64,000 nt of DNA from Oopsacas minuta (Eukaryota > Animalia > Porifera): contig JAKMXF010000347.1 of the NCBI GenBank assembly GCA_024704765.1, positions 62,001-126,000 of the forward strand. The letters run 5' to 3'. Below the pieces are notes generated by a model. That model ran no database searches. It saw only the letters and a program-made list of their open reading frames with translations, and had not been told where the DNA came from. The translations under genes and the position numbers were made by a program. Of this stretch, positions 60,500 through 64,000 are shown one piece after another (position 1 is the first letter of the stretch; each line of letters begins with the position of its first letter).

Positions 60500-61906
60500 T
60501 TAAGACAGCTGATTCTTACCACTAAGCCACATATCAAATACAGTCTTCATGTTTCTAGAGTCTTGTGTATTGACAGTAGGAACTACATGCTGTGGATTTA
60601 AGAACTTGACAAATCTTCGGAGTTCATTATAACTGCTATGTTCACTATAAGGAAGATCATATATGAGAATGTTGTAGAATTTATTAGGTTTTATTTTGGT
60701 GAGCTCCTGATTCTTCTTGTAAGCCCAACCAGTAGGACGAATAGCTATAACAGAGGAGTAGGAGGGGAATCTATCTCTATACTCTCTGATTTCGTGTAAA
60801 GATAACACACTAATCTTAACTACATGTAGTTTGCTAGTACGTGAGTCTGTTGTTATCCGTTCTTTCAACTCAGGCCAGTCATAACATTGCAATAAATTAA
60901 ATTTACTTTTATTAACACAAATCTTACAATCAAGAGCCTGTGCTATTCCCAAATACATTCTCTCCTTACCCACTAGATAGCTGCCTACTAGGATGAGCGT
61001 ATTAGGATCTGACTTAAGTGCGTTCTTACACAGAGTGATAGCATGGTTTATGACGTCATCCTGAGGTGGAAACGTGTACACAGGATTCATGTAGGTTGTG
61101 TCTAGGAACAGAGTATCTACATATAGTCCGGATAGACATGGAAAACTCTCCATCTTAGAATGTCCTCTAAAATCTCCTGTATGAATATAGTGCTTACCAT
61201 CTGGTGTAGTGAATTTGAATATAACAGAACCAGGACAATGGTTAGCATCTAATAACACTACATCTACTCCTTGTATAGTGTGTGTTATGTCTAGGATAAG
61301 AGGATGTATATTGATAGAGTTTACACGTATTTTATTCAGGACTAGATTAGCCGTTGTCTGAGTGCAGTAAAGATCTGAAGAGAACTTCTTGCTTAATCCC
61401 ATGTAGTGGTCTGCGTGGAAATGAGATAGGAAATATGCTTTACAGTTTGGAATTACACCATATGAGAATGCATCTACTGTGAATTGAGTACCTGGTATTC
61501 TCTTGTGGTCAGGACAAGTTTTCTTATTTACAGAAGAGACAGGGTCGCGTTTAATTAATGTAACTGATTTCTTTGTAGTATTTGACTCAGCTTTTCGCTT
61601 CCTCTTACCATTCACTGGGGGAGGCTCTGGGATGAATGTAGGTGGCAACTTCTTACCATCCTTGTCGGTTAAAAAGAATGAAATCACATTAGTTTGTTTG
61701 GGTTGATTTCTACTACTAATTGTTTCATGATTTGTTAATGGTTTTCCCTCAAACAGTTCGTAAGATATAATCTCACAATCTTCTGAACTATCTTCTATCT
61801 CAGAATCAATTTCATCTACCATATCTGCTAATGAGTCAAAATCTTCATCCTCTTCTTTAACTTTTAAATTTATGTTACCCAGCTCGTTGAAATCTGTCAG
61901 ATCCAT
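60500..61906 (-). CDS. DCLRE1A: DNA cross-link repair nuclease SNM1A/PSO2 (metallo-beta-lactamase plus beta-CASP), single exon
   Basis: KTCPDHKRIPGTQFTVDAFSYG, FLSHFHADHY (HxHxDH), DANHCPGS, HTGDFR, LFLDTTY, GSYLVGKER, RPTGW, PYSEHSSYNEL and VVPTVN. First ATG at 61906. Confidence 0.92.
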   Translation of the reverse strand: MDLTDFNELGNINLKVKEEDEDFDSLADMVDEIDSEIEDSSEDCEIISYELFEGKPLTNHETISSRNQPKQTNVISFFLTDKDGKKLPPTFIPEPPPVNGKRKRKAESNTTKKSVTLIKRDPVSSVNKKTCPDHKRIPGTQFTVDAFSYGVIPNCKAYFLSHFHADHYMGLSKKFSSDLYCTQTTANLVLNKIRVNSINIHPLILDITHTIQGVDVVLLDANHCPGSVIFKFTTPDGKHYIHTGDFRGHSKMESFPCLSGLYVDTLFLDTTYMNPVYTFPPQDDVINHAITLCKNALKSDPNTLILVGSYLVGKERMYLGIAQALDCKICVNKSKFNLLQCYDWPELKERITTDSRTSKLHVVKISVLSLHEIREYRDRFPSYSSVIAIRPTGWAYKKNQELTKIKPNKFYNILIYDLPYSEHSSYNELRRFVKFLNPQHVVPTVNTQDSRNMKTVFDMWLSGKNQLS

Positions 61907-62477
61907 TATTCGTGTTAACACAATGGGATCTATTACTATTACTACATATTAGCCCTTTAGAAACGATCAGGAAATGTATGAGTACTGTAACTACCATGCA
62001 ACGATTGACGTACAATCTCGTAGGCTAATACCTCAGATCAAATATACTACGTACATGCTAATATCGAAAATCAGAATTTAGCTATCTTACGAAATAATAT
62101 CCATGGATTAGAACATATGATTATCCCTCAATCCTAGCTTCGTCGTAATATAAGCTAAAGTATAAGAGTATAATACGGTCTTAACTGCTTAAGGGCTACC
62201 TCTCCCAGTCCCTTCGGTGGTCGTTATAGGCAAGTTTGTCTGTATAGTTTAATATTATTGATACTACAGTAATAATAATTGTCAGTCGTAAAATATCACA
62301 AATTACTAGTGTAGATGCTATAGTATACCAAACGAATATAAAATCCCAAATATATATACAAATACAAAGAATACAAATCCATATGGAATAAACTAGCTAC
62401 GTATTTAATAAGGAGGAGATTATGCCATAGTTGAGTAGTTACGATTATGATAAGCTAGGGTTAGTACTTAAGATATT

Positions 62478-64000
62478 CTACCAGTGTGAGTTGGGGATAG
62501 GGTAGTAGTGAGGGTGCGGCATCCTGTGTACGTAGTAGGGAGGTGGTCCTCTAGGAGGTCCCTGGTTGTGAGGGTGATTGGGGTCCATATGGTGCATGGG
62601 GGGACCGTATGGAGGGTACTGCTGGTTAGGAGGGATGGGAGAGTTAGGGCGGGGTGTAGGAGATGGGATCTGATTTGGGTGTTGTAGAGGAGGAGCTTGA
62701 GCATTGGGATGTATGACCTGGTGAGGAGGAGCAGGTCTAGGGGACTCCGGGGGAGTAGGGAGAGGAGACGGAGTGGAGTGTAGTCCTATAGGAGGAGGGT
62801 AATGAGGAGGAGGAGGAGGAGGAGGGGGATTATGGTAGGAAAACTGTTGTCCGTGAGGAGGTGGACCCTGATGAGGAGGGTGGGAGTGTGGATGGTGGTG
62901 AGGAGGCATGTTAGCACCAGGAGGAGGGGGAGGAGGTCCCCATTGACCGCTTGGATGTGGACCATGCATAGGAGGCATGGGCATAGGTGGAGCACCTTCA
63001 TGCCAATGATTCCCGTTCCAACCTGGAGGAGGGTGAGGAGGGTGCGGGTTCCTAGGAGGCATACCGTTAGGATCTACTCTCTCCCAGTGAGGAGGGGGAG
63101 GAGACGGCTGGTGGTAGATAGGACGTGATTGAGGTGAGTTAGCAGGTGTGAAGGGAGGAGGAGGAGGAGGTCGTGAGTATTGGTGTTTTGATTTAGGTTT
63201 GTTCTCAGAGAAGTTATTTAGTTTATATCTGGTTCTTGTGATCTCTTTAGCTCTGTAGCTGTCCTTGTTATCAGAATCTGATGTACAAGATTCTGAGTCA
63301 GATGAAAATGAAGGAGGTCTTGTCATCTTTATTGAGTCTAGACCATCATCTCCCCAAATATTTTTACTCGGCCATAATTTAGAATCTGAACAATGGAACT
63401 CCTTACTCCCAGTTTCCTGGGGAAGAGGATACTCGTATAGTGTGTTCATGTGAGTACTGTCAATGCTGTCTTCTAGTTTCGTATTACCTCTGTTCTTCAC
63501 TTGAGGAGGAGAGGTGCCAAAACCTGTCTCTTTTGAGGGAGGGGCAGGGAAGTCAAGATCTAGCACCCCACACAGAGTAGGCCAGCTGTTACACTTGGTG
63601 AGGTTATCATTTGATAGAGAACTACTCCAATGTTTACCTATCTCACCAGCTGCTTGTATATTGTCAGTAGAGGTAGAAGGATTAATTGATAGATTATTAA
63701 CTGACTGATGCTTCTCTGGTAATACACCTGTAACAGTCGTTTGAGAGCTGTCTACACTGAAGTTACGCTTATGGTTACGAGGTGATTTATCTTTAGATGG
63801 AGATGGTACTGCTTTTTTATCATCCTTCTGTTTAGGGGAGTTTAGATCTTGATTAGTTTTGTAGAATAAGTCAAAGAAGAAGTCTCTAGACCCGTCTGTA
63901 CCGGGGTCATCTCGTGGCCATGAGTTAAGACCAGGTTTCTGCAGTTGTTCCCATTTCCTGAATCTGTCAGTATGTAAGTGTTGGAGGGTCGTGTCTTGGA
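62478..64000 (-). CDS. 3' part of an unidentified protein with a Ser-rich linker and a Pro/His/Gly-rich C-terminus; the frame is open to the window edge
   Basis: The frame continues without a stop from 63566 up to 63998 (QDTTLQHLHTDRFRKWEQLQKPGLNSWPRDDPGTDGSRDFFFDLFYKT...), so the ORF is at least 507 aa. No family recognised. Confidence 0.75.
   Translation of the reverse strand, partial: QDTTLQHLHTDRFRKWEQLQKPGLNSWPRDDPGTDGSRDFFFDLFYKTNQDLNSPKQKDDKKAVPSPSKDKSPRNHKRNFSVDSSQTTVTGVLPEKHQSVNNLSINPSTSTDNIQAAGEIGKHWSSSLSNDNLTKCNSWPTLCGVLDLDFPAPPSKETGFGTSPPQVKNRGNTKLEDSIDSTHMNTLYEYPLPQETGSKEFHCSDSKLWPSKNIWGDDGLDSIKMTRPPSFSSDSESCTSDSDNKDSYRAKEITRTRYKLNNFSENKPKSKHQYSRPPPPPPFTPANSPQSRPIYHQPSPPPPHWERVDPNGMPPRNPHPPHPPPGWNGNHWHEGAPPMPMPPMHGPHPSGQWGPPPPPPGANMPPHHHPHSHPPHQGPPPHGQQFSYHNPPPPPPPPHYPPPIGLHSTPSPLPTPPESPRPAPPHQVIHPNAQAPPLQHPNQIPSPTPRPNSPIPPNQQYPPYGPPMHHMDPNHPHNQGPPRGPPPYYVHRMPHPHYYPIPNSHW

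Noticed and set aside
1-64000. tRNA, rRNA, CRISPR arrays, prophage or endogenous virus
   Set aside because: No cloverleaf, rRNA signature, regularly spaced repeat-spacer array or viral hallmark ORF was seen by eye.

Overview
This is AT-rich, gene-dense eukaryotic (animal) DNA. Gene content and style suggest an early-branching invertebrate, most like a hexactinellid glass sponge; that assignment is inference only. On the + strand: the last 19 exons (about 1320 aa) of an RNF213/mysterin-like gene, whose introns hold a decayed DD34D mariner and many MITEs; then single-exon DLG, GCAT, a gprs-type BTB gene, TBC1D10 and ANKUB1; an 8-exon TCF/LEF gene with a 7.4 kb first intron; and COX16. On the - strand: the 3' exons of a single-pass membrane protein with two PPxY motifs, single-exon MROH1 and DCLRE1A/SNM1A, and a Pro/His-rich ORF that runs off the window. 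Most notable: (1) the RNF213 homologue has no RING domain, and its RZ finger has Tyr where human RNF213 has the catalytic His4537; (2) the TCF has a three-Cys degenerate C-clamp and an altered beta-catenin-binding motif; (3) most intronless genes have a splice-acceptor-like site just before the ATG, suggesting 5'-UTR introns or SL trans-splicing. No tRNA, rRNA or CRISPR array was seen. All family calls come from motif recognition by eye, not database searches.
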